In this document: positions 49,340 through 61,709 of the stretch, piece by piece
Layout: each line of letters starts with the position of its first letter
How positions within the stretch are numbered: position 1 is the first letter of the stretch
NCBI GenBank assembly: GCA_905178155.1
Contig: CAJINV010000002.1
Span: forward strand, 208,354-272,353
Source: Amoebophrya sp. A120
Taxonomy: Eukaryota > Protista > Dinoflagellata
Direction of reading: 5' to 3'
Length of the DNA stretch: 64,000 bases
Program-made: the position numbers and the translations under genes
Notes under the pieces: model-generated
The model's database searches: none
What the model was told of the DNA's origin: nothing
What the model saw: the letters and a program-made list of their open reading frames with translations, nothing else

Positions 49340-51342
49340 TGTGAGACTATATCGGTAGTTGACTGAGCAATCCTAATATCCGCCAACAGTAGTAGAGAAA
49401 GTTGCTGTAACAATAGTTGTCACGTTCTTGCAATAGAAAGAACGCGAATGAAGTCGATCCGTGAGAGAAACGAAAATAGAGCAATGCAACCGAAAGGAAC
49501 TGCGAGAATCTGTGTCGTCGGTATGGGTTTACACATGAAAGACGAGAGCAAGACGAAAATGAAAGTATTGCGAAGTAAAACCCCAGGGCGATGAAGTTTG
49601 AATTTTATTCAGTAGCGAAGCGAACCATAAGTTTGCAATGCACGATTTCCTGCGAGGTGTGGGTTGGAATTGGACAAGAAGATGAAGATCTACTTAAGCC
49701 AGCCTGGAACTTGACAGATTTATTTTTCTCAAAAATTCTACTGCGCGTACCGAGTGGCGACTTTTTAGGTCGCAAGCACAAGCCGTGACTGTTTTTGAGT
49801 CGGATTTGGTGCATCAAAGCGTCGAAGTCAGGATTTTGAAATGTTCTTTGTCTTTGATCTTTTGTGTACAGATCTCATGTAATTCCATGATTTCATCCTT
49901 CCCGGATCTCGATCTCATACTAGAGCCCCGATTTACAATTTATTTAATCAATCTGATTTCATCTCCGTCGACCGATGCAAGTAGTACTACAAGGATCTGC
50001 TCTTCCTCCATATTCAAAGGAAATACTGCTAGACTTTTGGTTTGTAGTTTTACTGGTGGATAATTCAAGCTCTTTACATCATCACAACTACGACCCTGAT
50101 ACAGGCGCCACCAGTAAGAAATGAAATAACATGTCGGCCCCAAAATGGAGTGCGTCGCGCTGCACGCCTTGCCTACACCATGGGACGACAGATCCCGGGG
50201 GTGACGTTGAAGATGATCGGGGGCCGTTTCATTGTTTTTCTTTTTTTGTACTTATGTTCACCTTGCTAGCCACTTTCTTTTTCTTGTCTGATTGATGTAG
50301 TACCTGATTTGCGGAAAAAATCGGGGTGGTTCAGCTGTGACTGCTTCTGCTTCTGCTTGCTTCGAGAAAGTTTTTCAACAGATGTTGTACTGTTTTTGGG
50401 AGCAGTGTTTCACGACGTTTTTCTCTTTCCATGTGTTCCTGCTGGGGAGTTTTTGCTCTTAAGCATACATACCGAGGATAGTACCTGCTTAGCAGTTGTA
50501 TGTATTTCCCTCCGTGCAATGTAGTTCCACATCAGGACATGCTGTGCAACAGAGTTTTCGTCCCAGTACGTGCCGTGCAATGGAGATTCTAGTTTTTAAT
50601 TCTTTCGTCATAAAAATAAATTTCATGGTGATAGTGCCACGTCGTCCAACAGCAGTGGTAAGTAGGGTGTTTTCAAAAAAAGTTCCCCGCTTTTAAAAAA
50701 TCAGTACTCAGTCCGGGTCACGAAGAACAACTGTTGCTCCAAAAATGATATCGTACTCGTCGTGGATAGAAGGAAAATAAATAGCTACAACCGGCGAAGG
50801 AAAGTGAAAAACTTCTTGAATAGGACGAGGTTGGTATAGAGACCCTCTTCGTGAAAGTGCTCCGTTTCCTAATTGGGCTGGCCGCCAATAGACTGCACCA
50901 ACGAAATTATAGGTTGGTCCTGTAATACGTATAGAGAAATGCTGGTTTGTTGTAGGAAGAAGAAGTAGAAGTCCCAAAAGAACTATCCAGCAGTGCAAAT
51001 GAGTACCAAAATGTCAAATCGTTCTACTGAGCAGCAAAGAACCTTGCTGACCTGTGCTGCTCCACCTGAATTGAAGTAGAAGTCGAGCCTGAGCAGCAGC
51101 ATGAAAGTGCAGCGGAACGCATTTTTTGGACAGCGTGTGAAACGTAGGTGCAGCCACTGTAGCAAGGTAAGTCAATGCTCGGCGGGGTGCAGTACTGATG
51201 CCGTTTGCAATCATAAATTGCGTCACAACTTATCATGTGGCGTAGCAGGGTGGTCAAGATTCTTGCCGACAGTGGCCAACCCCAACTCTTGCTGTGTAGA
51301 AGGGAGAGTTGGCCACCGTGGTCATATTGCTACATCCTCTCT

Positions 51343-52418
51343 CTACTCCGAGTCTGACCCATAAGAGGCCATCAACATCCCAGGTGGTTGTAAACCTCCG
51401 CCCGCGTGGTACTCCTGGTCCTGGTCCTCCTGCCCCAGCCCGAAAATTTCCGCAAAACTTGCCTGCGTGCTCTGCGTGCTCGGTGCCGGAGATGGTGATG
51501 TTGAATTTGAATTGTTTTTCCGCCACTCATATCCTGTGCAAAAGTATCGTACTCGTAGTAATCGCAATCATGCATGACAAATCTCCGTCCTAACCTAAAT
51601 CCGCATTACAAATTCCATTTTTCATGCTGAGGGAATTTGTCATGCGATTTATACTAGTACGATACTTTTGCAATGCATAACTCAGCACCGAAAACCCCCT
51701 CCTCCTCCGGATCGCCGTCTTCGCCGTACATGTCTGGCTTGTCGCCGCGCTTTTCCAACTCCTCCCTGCTGTATGACCGTGCGCAAGAAGATGAACTCCT
51801 TGTCAGCTGTCCCTCATTTTTTTCATGCAAAAAGTCTTTGCATTTTTGCAAGATCTCCGGCTATACTATCATTCTAGCACCAGAGGACTCACTTCGCAGT
51901 ATGATGACAAGCAGCAGCTCGGACGATTTTTATAATTTCAAGACATTTGCTGAACTAAAAGCCGTGGCCGTGCCTGGGATTTTTGTCATGCAAAATAAAA
52001 ATTTACAATGAGAGAGTTCATGATCTGTCCATGTGGCCTTCTCCACTTCTGTTCATGCACTTTATTTCATTCGAATGAGGACGAGGGAGACCCCACGACG
52101 AGTTCGTCTGCTTGTTGTGCACTCTGATATAATGCTAGCGGCGCTGCCCGTTGCGCGGTTTGCCTGCCGCAACCGGCCCAAGTCTGGCGTTTGTAGAAAG
52201 GTGGCCACTGTTGGCCAGAAGGTTTCTTCACCGGACGAAAAGTGGTCGTCATCCGCATGATCTCCCTGCTTGTTCTCCTGCGTTTTTCCCCCGGTCCGGG
52301 TCCGATTGAAGACAACAGCATTACTGTAGGCCGGCAGCGAACAAGCATGAACGAAAAGAACCAATGGCAATGCCGCCGCGCGGCTGGGAAAAATCATTCT
52401 CGGGCCAGCGCCAACCAT
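51343..52418 (-). pseudogene. Fragmented gene-like region with a weak F-box-like segment
   Basis: ORFs 51654..51851 and 51343..51567 join across an introner; upstream FWPTVATFLQTPDLGRLRQANR resembles an F-box; stops intervene. Confidence 0.35.
51530..51679. mobile_element. Introner family C
   Basis: TIR, TSD ACTCA/ACTCA. Confidence 0.92.
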
Positions 52419-54809
52419 TCTCCCTGATCCTGATGTGGTCCTCGTGGAAACAATAAATTTGAAACGGGGAGTTGAGATCCTGGTTGCGGGTATGGTATGT
52501 ATTGCAATGTAAAATCAAAAAATGTGCTCGTCGTGTGATATGTCAAAACAAGTAGTCATGGGCTAGTACTTTGATTGGAAAGAATGCAGGTCGCGTTTCT
52601 GTGCAAAATCTAGGCAGAGGCGCTAGTGGAAGACTTATGTGCCGTGTTTCTTTTGTTGTGGCTAAAACTCCTAAACCTCGTCGAAATTTTGGTTGTGATT
52701 TTAGATTTGATCTTAATTTGAATGGAGTTACGAGGACGGCTCAGCCTCAGCTACACAATACGACACGAAAACCGATCGAAGAAATACTTAGGCGGATTCA
52801 ATTTTTCTGTGCCCAAAAATTTTACTCACTTATACTGAAATACTACTTGCAACTGCGAATGGTGTTACTACTGGTGCATAAAACCGACGAAATGAGATTT
52901 CGTCTCTCCCTGTTGTGTAGTATGGTCGACATCAATGACTAGAGCTTGTTTCGGCCAGGTTGTGATCGCACCATACTAAATGTTTGTGCTTTGTGTGTTC
53001 GGAAGAAGTGCATGAACTTAATAAGGAGCAAAAAATGAGGATTTTGTAAAAAGGACCGCTTTCTGAGCGTACAGATTTGATTTTCGCCACACGAGACTTG
53101 AAAAAAAGACCGAATTCATTCATAGGTGCGAACTTGTTTGATTTGATTCAGATTTGGAGTACAAAATCAGGACTTTTCGTTGATCTTGGGTATTTTTCTT
53201 ACGGTTGCGTTTTGATGCGAAACTCTGGATTTTTCCACGATATTGACGTGATCTTCCACTTCCCACGACCACCTAGTACAGCATTTTTTCTTCAACGTGA
53301 TCGCTCTGGTTTGTTGAATTTAAAGCTGACCGAGCGGTCGTCAACAGCTGCATCTGCACAAAGGCGGAATGAATGAATTTCTGAGATTCATTTTCACCGA
53401 CGAGTTGTTCTTGATCTTATGATGGATCCAGCGAACGGAGTCGTGTCTTCTCCACCTAATATTTCGATTCTCATAATATCACAAAAACTTGTTCGCCGAT
53501 CGTTGCGCTATGCACTTCGCAAGAACAGAAAGATTGTGCCCGGGCCGCCCGAGGTCGCGAACACCATCGGACGAGAACCTTGTTCCAAAGCCTCACTCTA
53601 TATTGCGACAGCAGTTCTGGTTTTTTTCCTGTCTTTCAACATATGATGCGGTCGGACCACTGCTGTTCAACTTATGATGTAAAGATGATACGTATAGTAC
53701 ACGACTCGGGTGAAAATTTTGGGCAGTGCTCGACGTTCCTCCTTCTCCCCAATAAACTTCGCAGCGATGCGAGATGGGCTTTCATACAACTTTTCTCTCC
53801 TCTTCTTGGTTCGGGTTGCTCTCTGCGTTGTAATAAATGCCAATGGGTTTTCGTTTTCATAAAATGTGAATCGTACAATAGATATGTTGACTTCTGTGTC
53901 GTGTTTCAGCTCTACTACGGTGGTCGAGAAGATGTTTCTAAAATGATTTTGTGGTCAGCTAGAGAAAATAAAAAGACAGCACTTGTTGGCCGGCCCCGCA
54001 ACAGCCAGCAGACGGGGCCCCGCCGGACTTCTCATGATAACGCACCACTAATATACTGCAGCGTCATGACCTACAAAGTGGGTCATGTCTTTTTTTGTGT
54101 TTTTTTTTTGTATGTCGTTTCCCTTACTGTCTCCTGCTGTACTGGTTTAATAGTACTGGTTATGGTTTATTACTGTTGTGAAGACTCGACTTTGCGCTAG
54201 TACAATAGTTTTCTTTTTATGCTGGACTTACGTAACAAATGAAGCGCGACCACTATGTAGTACCGTGTACAGCTACTAAAAGTAAAAGATGAAATCAACC
54301 CGAACTATAATTGGATGCAAAGTTACAGAGAACATGGCGACCTCGTCGACGGGCACGGGGCGGCTGCTCAACTTTTACCTGTTTGTGCAACAACTCCCAA
54401 GCAAGCACTAATGATGTGCAGCGAACGACCCTCTGCGGCCACATTAGAAACAAATGCCGACGGACAAGTACTAGGACAGCACATAGAAAAAGTGATAAAT
54501 ACGATAAAAAAGAAACTGGTTAATAGTATTTAGGCTGCAAATTCATCATATAGACAGAAAACGGCTTCATCTCTGATATGCAATTCGGCTTGATGCAGCC
54601 CCTACAACTACTAAAGACAACAACATTTTCTTTTTCTCAACAACGCCCTCATCCCGGCGTCCCGTATCTATAGAATGCAAGCAAAAAATAAAATAGCAGA
54701 ATCGACACTAAGTAATGCAATGAACAAGAATAGTGCCATCATTAGCAGCGTGCTGACTACGGTAATGATGAAGATCATTGAAAATTATCACATCTTGTTC
54801 CCTTCTTCT

Positions 54810-57800
54810 CTAATCTGAGTGAGCCCCTACTATCCCCACCATTTTCCAGTGGTTGATCCCGTTGTGCCAGAGACGAATGCATTCGCGGTCCTGATCACAC
54901 GACGATGTACCACGTTGTTGTAGTTCGAGTTCCTCTCGTCCCGCTTCTCCTCCTCCGACCTGCAGGTTCGGAAAGCTCTGCATGCTGTATATTGTGAGGA
55001 ATAATCCCCCCTCCCCATATCGAAAGCGAAATTTGTGTTGCTGTATTTGAGTACACAAATCGCATTTGTCCTGCTGGAGAGGACTGCAGACCCATATCAA
55101 GCCTGAGTAGAGAGGCTCTGACTTAGGCGCTTAGCACGAAAAGCGTCCGTGATGTTGGCTCAACAGCATGACGAACCGCCTCCATAATGGGACGGAAGCT
55201 GCTGCCCTCGTCTTCTTGCAACACAAACGCGATTTGTGACCTCAAATCAGCAACACAAATTTTCGAAAACCTACCTCTTCAATATGGGGAGGGGGGATTT
55301 TTCCTTGCGATATTGTAAAAGTTTCGGTGGATCGGCTCGTAGTCTCCCGGCTCTTGCACCGCTTCCCCACCGCCGTCTTCGTGCTGCATATACAAGTGTA
55401 CAACTCCCCCTCCCCCTCATTTGTATGGCATGAAGAGCAATACAAACACCAGCGCACATGGAGCCGATGCATGACAAATCCATGTTTTTCCTAATGTAGT
55501 GCTGTTTGGGCTTCCGGAATTTGTCATGCATAATAGTGACGCAAGGGAGCAACTGGAATTGTGAATTTTGCATGAGAAATGAGAACGAGGGGGAGTTGTG
55601 CACTGTCGTATTGCAGAAGGTCCCTGGCGAAGGCGTACACCTCGATCGGCAGGCCCAACACGTGGGACAGCGCTTCGATCTCGTTGTCGCCGGAAAAGAC
55701 GCCCGGCTTGGCCAGCTCGTTCAAAATTTGTTTGTCCGTGCTGTCGGCTCCCAGCCGCAGTTCCATCTGAAAGTCCCGACGGTACGTCGCCCCGTGGGCG
55801 TGGGGGCTCACTTCGTCCAGCCTCGTGGCGAACCAGTCGCGGACCGCTTTGCGCAGGCTTCTTGGGGTAGGAGGTGGAGCACGAGCAGGAGCACGAGCAC
55901 CACCACCACGTCGGGCGACAGTATTGTCATTTCCTGGGAACAACGAGGAGGACATGATGATTTGGTCTTGATCGCCACCACCGGTAGCAATCCTCTTCCG
56001 CTGTTGCAGAGCGCGCAAATTCGCGATCACAGCGTGGTAGAGACAATCGCCGTCTCCAGGGACGTTGACTGTGTAGATGGATCTGTTCTTTTGCACGTCC
56101 AATACACGCCGCCGACCGGGTCGTGGTCTTTGTTCAAGAACATGATCCACAGGGTAGCGGCTTTTTCCACTGCTAGTGCTACTCCTGTCTTCAGAGATGA
56201 ATAAATCTTCGACTGTGTCCACCCCTGTCACCCGGTTTCCCGGTCGGATACTGCGCTGAAAAGCGACAAGCTCTTCCTGGGCCGCCCGGGATGAAGCAGC
56301 AGATGAGGTTCTGGAAGATACCCCCGTGGAGGTTCTTGCCGCACTTCTTAGGGATACAGCTACCTCACTGCTCCTTGCCGATACATCCGAGGGCACATGA
56401 CTGTCGGCCGAGCCGAACGGCGTTTCTGGTAAAAATATTCTTGTTGCAGGACGATTCCACGCCGAAACTGAATGCTCGTACTTGTTCTTCTCAGCATAAA
56501 ACATTAAATCTTGCTTCTTTTTTATCCTGAGTAAAAACGTACCCACACCAGAGTCAGGATGGGGATTTTGCAACACAAACCGAGGAGTTTTGTGAGTCAC
56601 GCATGACAAGTTGCGCTCTGCAGTGTAGTGCAGGTTAGCAAGTGCAGCCGCATCACAGATTCATCTGCTCATCCTGTTCACAGCATCACAAATTCCAAAA
56701 CACGATTCAAAATTGCTCTCATGGTGATGCGCATTACAAGTCTTCCTGTCTTTGCAAATCTGCACTACAACTCTGGTGTGGGTACGTTTTTCCTCAGGAT
56801 ATTTTTCACCCGTTGCAGCTGAAACAGAAAATATTTCTCGTTCCCCCGCAGATGCGTTTGCCCGCGTACCTTCTTGCGCACCGGAATTATGTTGTTGTCG
56901 GGACGAACATCAAAGGACGAGCTCTTGCGATTTCCGTTTCTACCACCTCTCGGTCGCGATGGAGACGACCTTCGACCACGGGTGGATGGGCGCGAGCAGC
57001 CTGAATAAACATTATTTGTGGTTCCTCGCGCCGCGACGACGGCGTATCGAAAGAAAAAAGTTCGTCACGATCACTCATGGGCATTTTTGCAATACAGAAA
57101 ATGCCTGGCATGCGTAGAAATGCATCACAGGCAAACAACATACGGGATTTCTCTTAGTGTTTCTGCAATACAAGATGAAGCTGTGACGCTAAAAAAATCT
57201 GTAATGCAAAACCTCCAAGTTAGTGACTGTGACAAACTTTTTTCTCTCCATACGGCGGAGGGGAGTTGTAGTCGTCCTCGTCCTCTCGGCTTAGAAGTTG
57301 TTGTACTGGTGTTCAGATTAATACGCCTCCTCATCGTCCTATCAAATGTAAAAATGTCTGGGTCTGGAAATTTGTGATGCTGTGTGGCATATCATGAGGA
57401 GGCCACAGTTGCTGGCTCAGCATGACAAGTTTCTGAGCTTCTAGGTCGTGTTACCTATTCTGCATGACAAACTACGTTTCTGCATGACAGAAAAGTGGGG
57501 GTCTTTGGCGATGTGCATGACAGATTTAAGAGTCATGCCAGACAAGCATGACAAACTTGCATTTTTCCAGACCCAGACATTTTTACACTTGATACATCCT
57601 TTCGCGTGGTGGTCCACCACCTCCTGCTCCACCGACCGGCGCGGAATAGCTCCGAGGACGGGTTGTAGTAGTTGTTGCGAAGCCCGCTTTGGCTTTGCTT
57701 GAGAATAAATTGCTGGCTTTGGCTTTGGCTTTGACCGCAGGACGAGCCACAGCTGCGGGAAAATTCTCCTTAGCAGTCTGCGGTGGCAGCACCGGCATGG

Positions 57801-59364
57801 AACAAGTTGTGCGATTTATCATACCGGAATAAGGAGTACATTCTTTTTCTTGCACGGCTACTTGTGTCGATGTCGGGGCGCAAATATCACAGGTTGAACT
57901 TGAGTTTGTCCTCTGCTGGATCTCTCCCCGCGCGGAGTGGGAGTAGTTGGCGCTAGAAGTGCGACCTTGTTGCAACGACCCTGCTTCTTGGGGGTCGACG
58001 CGACCACGGGAAAGTATGGCGTTCTCGAGAAGAGTTGAGAACGTCATAGAAAGTTCTTCCATTTCGCATCCGCTTTGTTGTTCCAGCTCAGACGACGGTA
58101 CAGCTGTAGAAGGTGTGTCCTCGTCGTCCTCAGCACAATTATAAACATGTCCGGGTGACGGTGGTCTGGTTTTCACGCGCTCCAGCCTCGCTTTTGTGAA
58201 CTTCCTGTTCCTTGGTCGTGCGCAAGGACCTGCCCACGTTGTCCTTGCGCTAGTTGTGTGAAGATCGTCATCCGCCGGCGACAAAATACCAAATGGAAAT
58301 GGCACGTCGACACTAGCTGGTGCACTATCGCCACTGCTGTTCGTAGCAGCTCTGTTGTTCCACCGGGGGCGCAGCAACCCTTCAATAACCTCCTTTGACG
58401 GCGGCCCGAGGTCGCAGAGGGGCGGGTCAAAATAAACACCAGTATCGGCTTTCGGTATTGATTTCCCTCTGGCAGTAGAGTCCCCTCGTGCGTCGTGGGT
58501 TCCAACTTTATTTGGTCCTCGCGCATCATGTTGCCCCATGTTGGCTCCTGCTTTCCTGGGTCCTCGTGCACCACCGGCACTCCGTTTAGCAGTGGCAATA
58601 GCAGCAGGCTGTATCCCAGGACGAGTAGGTTTTCGCGGCTGCGCCGTGCCCGTAACTATATTCGGGCAGCTGCAGTTCGCCCCTTTCTTTGCAAGGGAAG
58701 GTGGAGCAGGTCCTGCTCCGCCAGACGTTCGGGTGGTCCCTGTCTTTCCTGCAAGATTTTTTGGCTTCGTACTCGTACTGCTCCCATTCTTCTGGCCCCC
58801 GCCCAAACAGCTAGAGTGGCTCTTGTTCCACTTCCTCCACACGGTTTTGAAATAGCCTACCCAGGAGCCGAACCAATTTCGAAGCCACGCGACGGTCGTG
58901 CTGTGGCTCTTGCTTGTCGTGGTAGTCTTCTTGTTGCCGGAGGTCACTGTCGTAGTTTCTGACCTGCTGGTGGTGCTGAAGGTAGTTCTTGCTTTGATGC
59001 CCGTGTTCCTCTTGTCGAAAGCTGCACTAGTACCACCATCTTCCGGCAATTTCTCATCTGCACCAGCTGGCCTGATAACTGTCGGAGGTGGCAGAAGGGC
59101 GGGGGCAACAGAGGTGAACGTGTTCGTATTTCTGGTCTCGGCAAAAACAACGGAGAGGTTGGAAGTTGTTGTACTATATACGGCCAGAAACAGAGCGGCG
59201 AAATAGGAACGTGACGTCCCGAAGCCGCAACAGCGCGATGGGAAGTCAACGCTGTTTCTTCTTCCCATCGACATGAGCAACATCTCCCCCCTGCGTGAAG
59301 ATGATTTGGCGGACTCAAGATGTTGAACCTGGCGCTGTTTCAGTCGCAGAGGTGCCAGACCCAT
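54810..59364 (-). CDS. Gene 5: OTU-family cysteine protease (deubiquitinase) with a long disordered N-terminal region, 5 introns
   Basis: VPGDGDCLYHAV (Asp/Cys), SGDNEIEALSHVLGLPIEVY and IRLWHNGINHW (His) are brought together by removing introners; all 5 junctions in frame. Confidence 0.85.
54990..55312. mobile_element. Introner family H (inverted near-identical copy of 12630-12952)
   Basis: TIR, TSD CTGTA/TTGTA. Confidence 0.93.
55389..55610. mobile_element. Introner family F
   Basis: Imperfect TIR, TSD CTGCA/TTGCA. Confidence 0.87.
56523..56801. mobile_element. Introner family A
   Basis: TIR, TSD TTTTT/TTTTT; very similar to 7306-7584. Confidence 0.92.
57045..57252. mobile_element. Introner family I (TIR TATCGAAAGAAAAAAGTTCGTCAC)
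   Basis: TIR, TSD CGGCG/CGGCG; frame restored. Confidence 0.88.
57340..57594. mobile_element. Introner family B
   Basis: TIR, TSD CGTCC/CATCC. Confidence 0.9.
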
Positions 59365-60536
59365 TTTTTCTTTCCCTCTCGCTTTCAGTATTTTTCTCTT
59401 TTGGTCGTAATGTTACTACTTATTTTCTAGTTGATGTACCAATTTACTTTCTATGAATTATACAAGTTGAGGCCAATCTACTTCTTCGTTCTGAACTAAG
59501 CGTGTCGACGACAAATAAACCTCCATTTACTGACAAGGCCAACATCATCTTACTTTTCCATTCGATGAAACGCAGTGCCGATAAATCTACTGAAGCTCAT
59601 CGACTCAAGAAGACGAGCAGACAAATTTTACACATACTAGGTCAACCTGACCTGCCGCTGTTTTTTTTTTTTTCGGGAAGGGGAATGGATAAAGCGGATA
59701 CTTATCGGCATGGAATGAGCTGCGCGATTTTTCGGAACAAGCAAGTAGCCTAGATTTCTACAGGTGGATTCTTGGGAAGAGAGATGCACGATCTTCTTGT
59801 TCTGCAGACGTTTTCATTTTCATCGCCAACTGATCTCTTGGTGTCAGACACTGATGGATTGTCGCTTTCAGGTGGTGGATCCTTTTGGTGATAGATCGTT
59901 TCTTTTTCGGAAAATAAAAAAGGAAACTTGCAGCCTCGGCTGCGATGCCATGATCTCCGCGACTAATTTTTCTTGCAAACTACACGCAACCCACAGGCCG
60001 GAATTCGTTCTAGTCCCTCAGCGTTAAATAATGATGATCTGATGATCTTCGAGGTACGTTTTGAACACGTAAGAGTCAGATACTGGGTCCCCCGGGAAAA
60101 AACTCGCGGTGTTATTTTTGCTCATCTTGAGCCAAAGGCTCACAAAAGTTACAGTGTGTTTGTCTTGCGTGTTCTGGCTTCCAGGGACTATCTAATTGTG
60201 TTTTTCATGTTCCGGAAAAAACTTTCTCGTGCAAAGAAATACGAATCTGTGATGCGTCTTCGCGATATTGCGACGCAAGAGAAAAAACTTCACTACGAGA
60301 AAAAAGTAGTCACAAAAAACACAGACAGTGATCACGTGCACCGATCCGAGGTGAGAGTGAACAACACCCCTCCTCAAACTGGTACTAGATCGACAATCTG
60401 CGTGGTGTCTGTGTATCTACTATGGAAGATATGCCACCTCGCGCTGCTCTGTCGATTGAACTGGTTTGTGAAAAGAAACACTACTATGCTACTAGTACTA
60501 CTTATTTGCCCCATGTTATATTTTACTGGTGCTCTT

Positions 60537-60782
60537 TTATGGATTTATCATACTGATCAAAAAATTATGCACCTTGATCGGCAATGATTTTGTGAGAATG
60601 TCTGCATACTGGTACTTTGTTGATGCATGTATTACTCTAATTTCTTTTTTCTGATGAAGATCCTTGATGAAATTATGTCTAATGTCAATGTGCTTGGTCT
60701 TTCTCGTACTATCTGTAGTATGTATTAGGTCTATGCAGGACTTGTTATCTTCGAAAATTGGCCATAACTTGTTATAATACAC
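60537..60782 (-). mobile_element. Ty1/copia LTR-retrotransposon relic (RNase H C-terminus)
   Basis: IFEDNKSCI...TKHIDIRHNFIKD...ADILTKSL is the copia RNase H signature; no RT or integrase seen. Confidence 0.88.
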
Positions 60783-61415
60783 GGCTATAGGCCAGCGCCA
60801 GCGAACAAAGTAGAGACATTCCGAACACAGTTCTTCAGTACGTGCAATATGATTCTTCTCTTCTTAGACTTGCACGCAAGCTCTACTTCCAACCCCTGTA
60901 GAACCTAGTTTGTGAAAAAGGAAAATTCTCGGTCTCGCCTCATCATCTTAGTCTTCGTAGGGTGGTCTTTTTCGGGTGTGCTTTCTACCGGATACTATCT
61001 GTGATGCGAAAACATTGTAATGCGAAACGTTGAAATCTAATTTCTAATGCTGAAGCGATGAAGTAAATAAATTCCGGAGACAGTTTGTTCTCACTAAAGC
61101 GACGAAGTGTAAAGACGAACGAAGTTTTCCAAACGTAAAGAAGTGCTAGAACATCGGGAAAGTCCATACGAATCTACCTTGTAGTAGCTGCTGCTTATCC
61201 TGTTACTGCTTTTCAGAAGCGAGAAAGAAAGATGAAAAAAGTCCGTGGGCGTTCTGCAACGTTTTGCCGTCATCATCGTCGCGTTCAATTTTTGTAGTGC
61301 TCGTTGCTAGAACTCAGATCCATCATAGCGTCGCGAAAGGGCAAAGACCACACTTTTTATTTTCAGACTGTGGTTAGCTCGGGGAGATAATAATACTTTT
61401 TGATCACGCGCGCTA

Positions 61416-61451
61416 TCATCATCATCATCATCATCATCTTCTTCTTCTTCT
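61416..61451. repeat. Compound (ATC)n(TTC)n microsatellite
   Basis: Seen directly. Confidence 0.8.
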
Positions 61452-61709
61452 TTCACAACAACAATCCAGCATCACCGGGGCTCGCTGGAAAAGATAAGCA
61501 TTTTCGGACATCGAACCCTAAAAAAAAATAAATTTGTAATGCTGAAACGAAGTAAACTTGCATTGCTGCCCACATGCGCCACACGAAAATGCTTCAAATT
61601 TCTATTGCTGATTCTCCCCCCTTTCACCTCTCTCTTGTATCCTCCCCATCGACGATAGAACACCACCACAAACAAAAAAGGAGAATCACTTCACGGTCCT
61701 GGAACAAAA

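Noticed and set aside
49400-54800. AT-rich ORF fragments as intact genes
   Set aside because: Frequent stops and no recognisable motifs apart from the weak F-box-like piece already listed.
60126-60140. Relic dinoflagellate spliced leader (CTTGAGCCAAA on the plus strand; similar at ~42533)
   Set aside because: Only 10-11 nt match and not adjacent to a clear start codon; compatible with chance.
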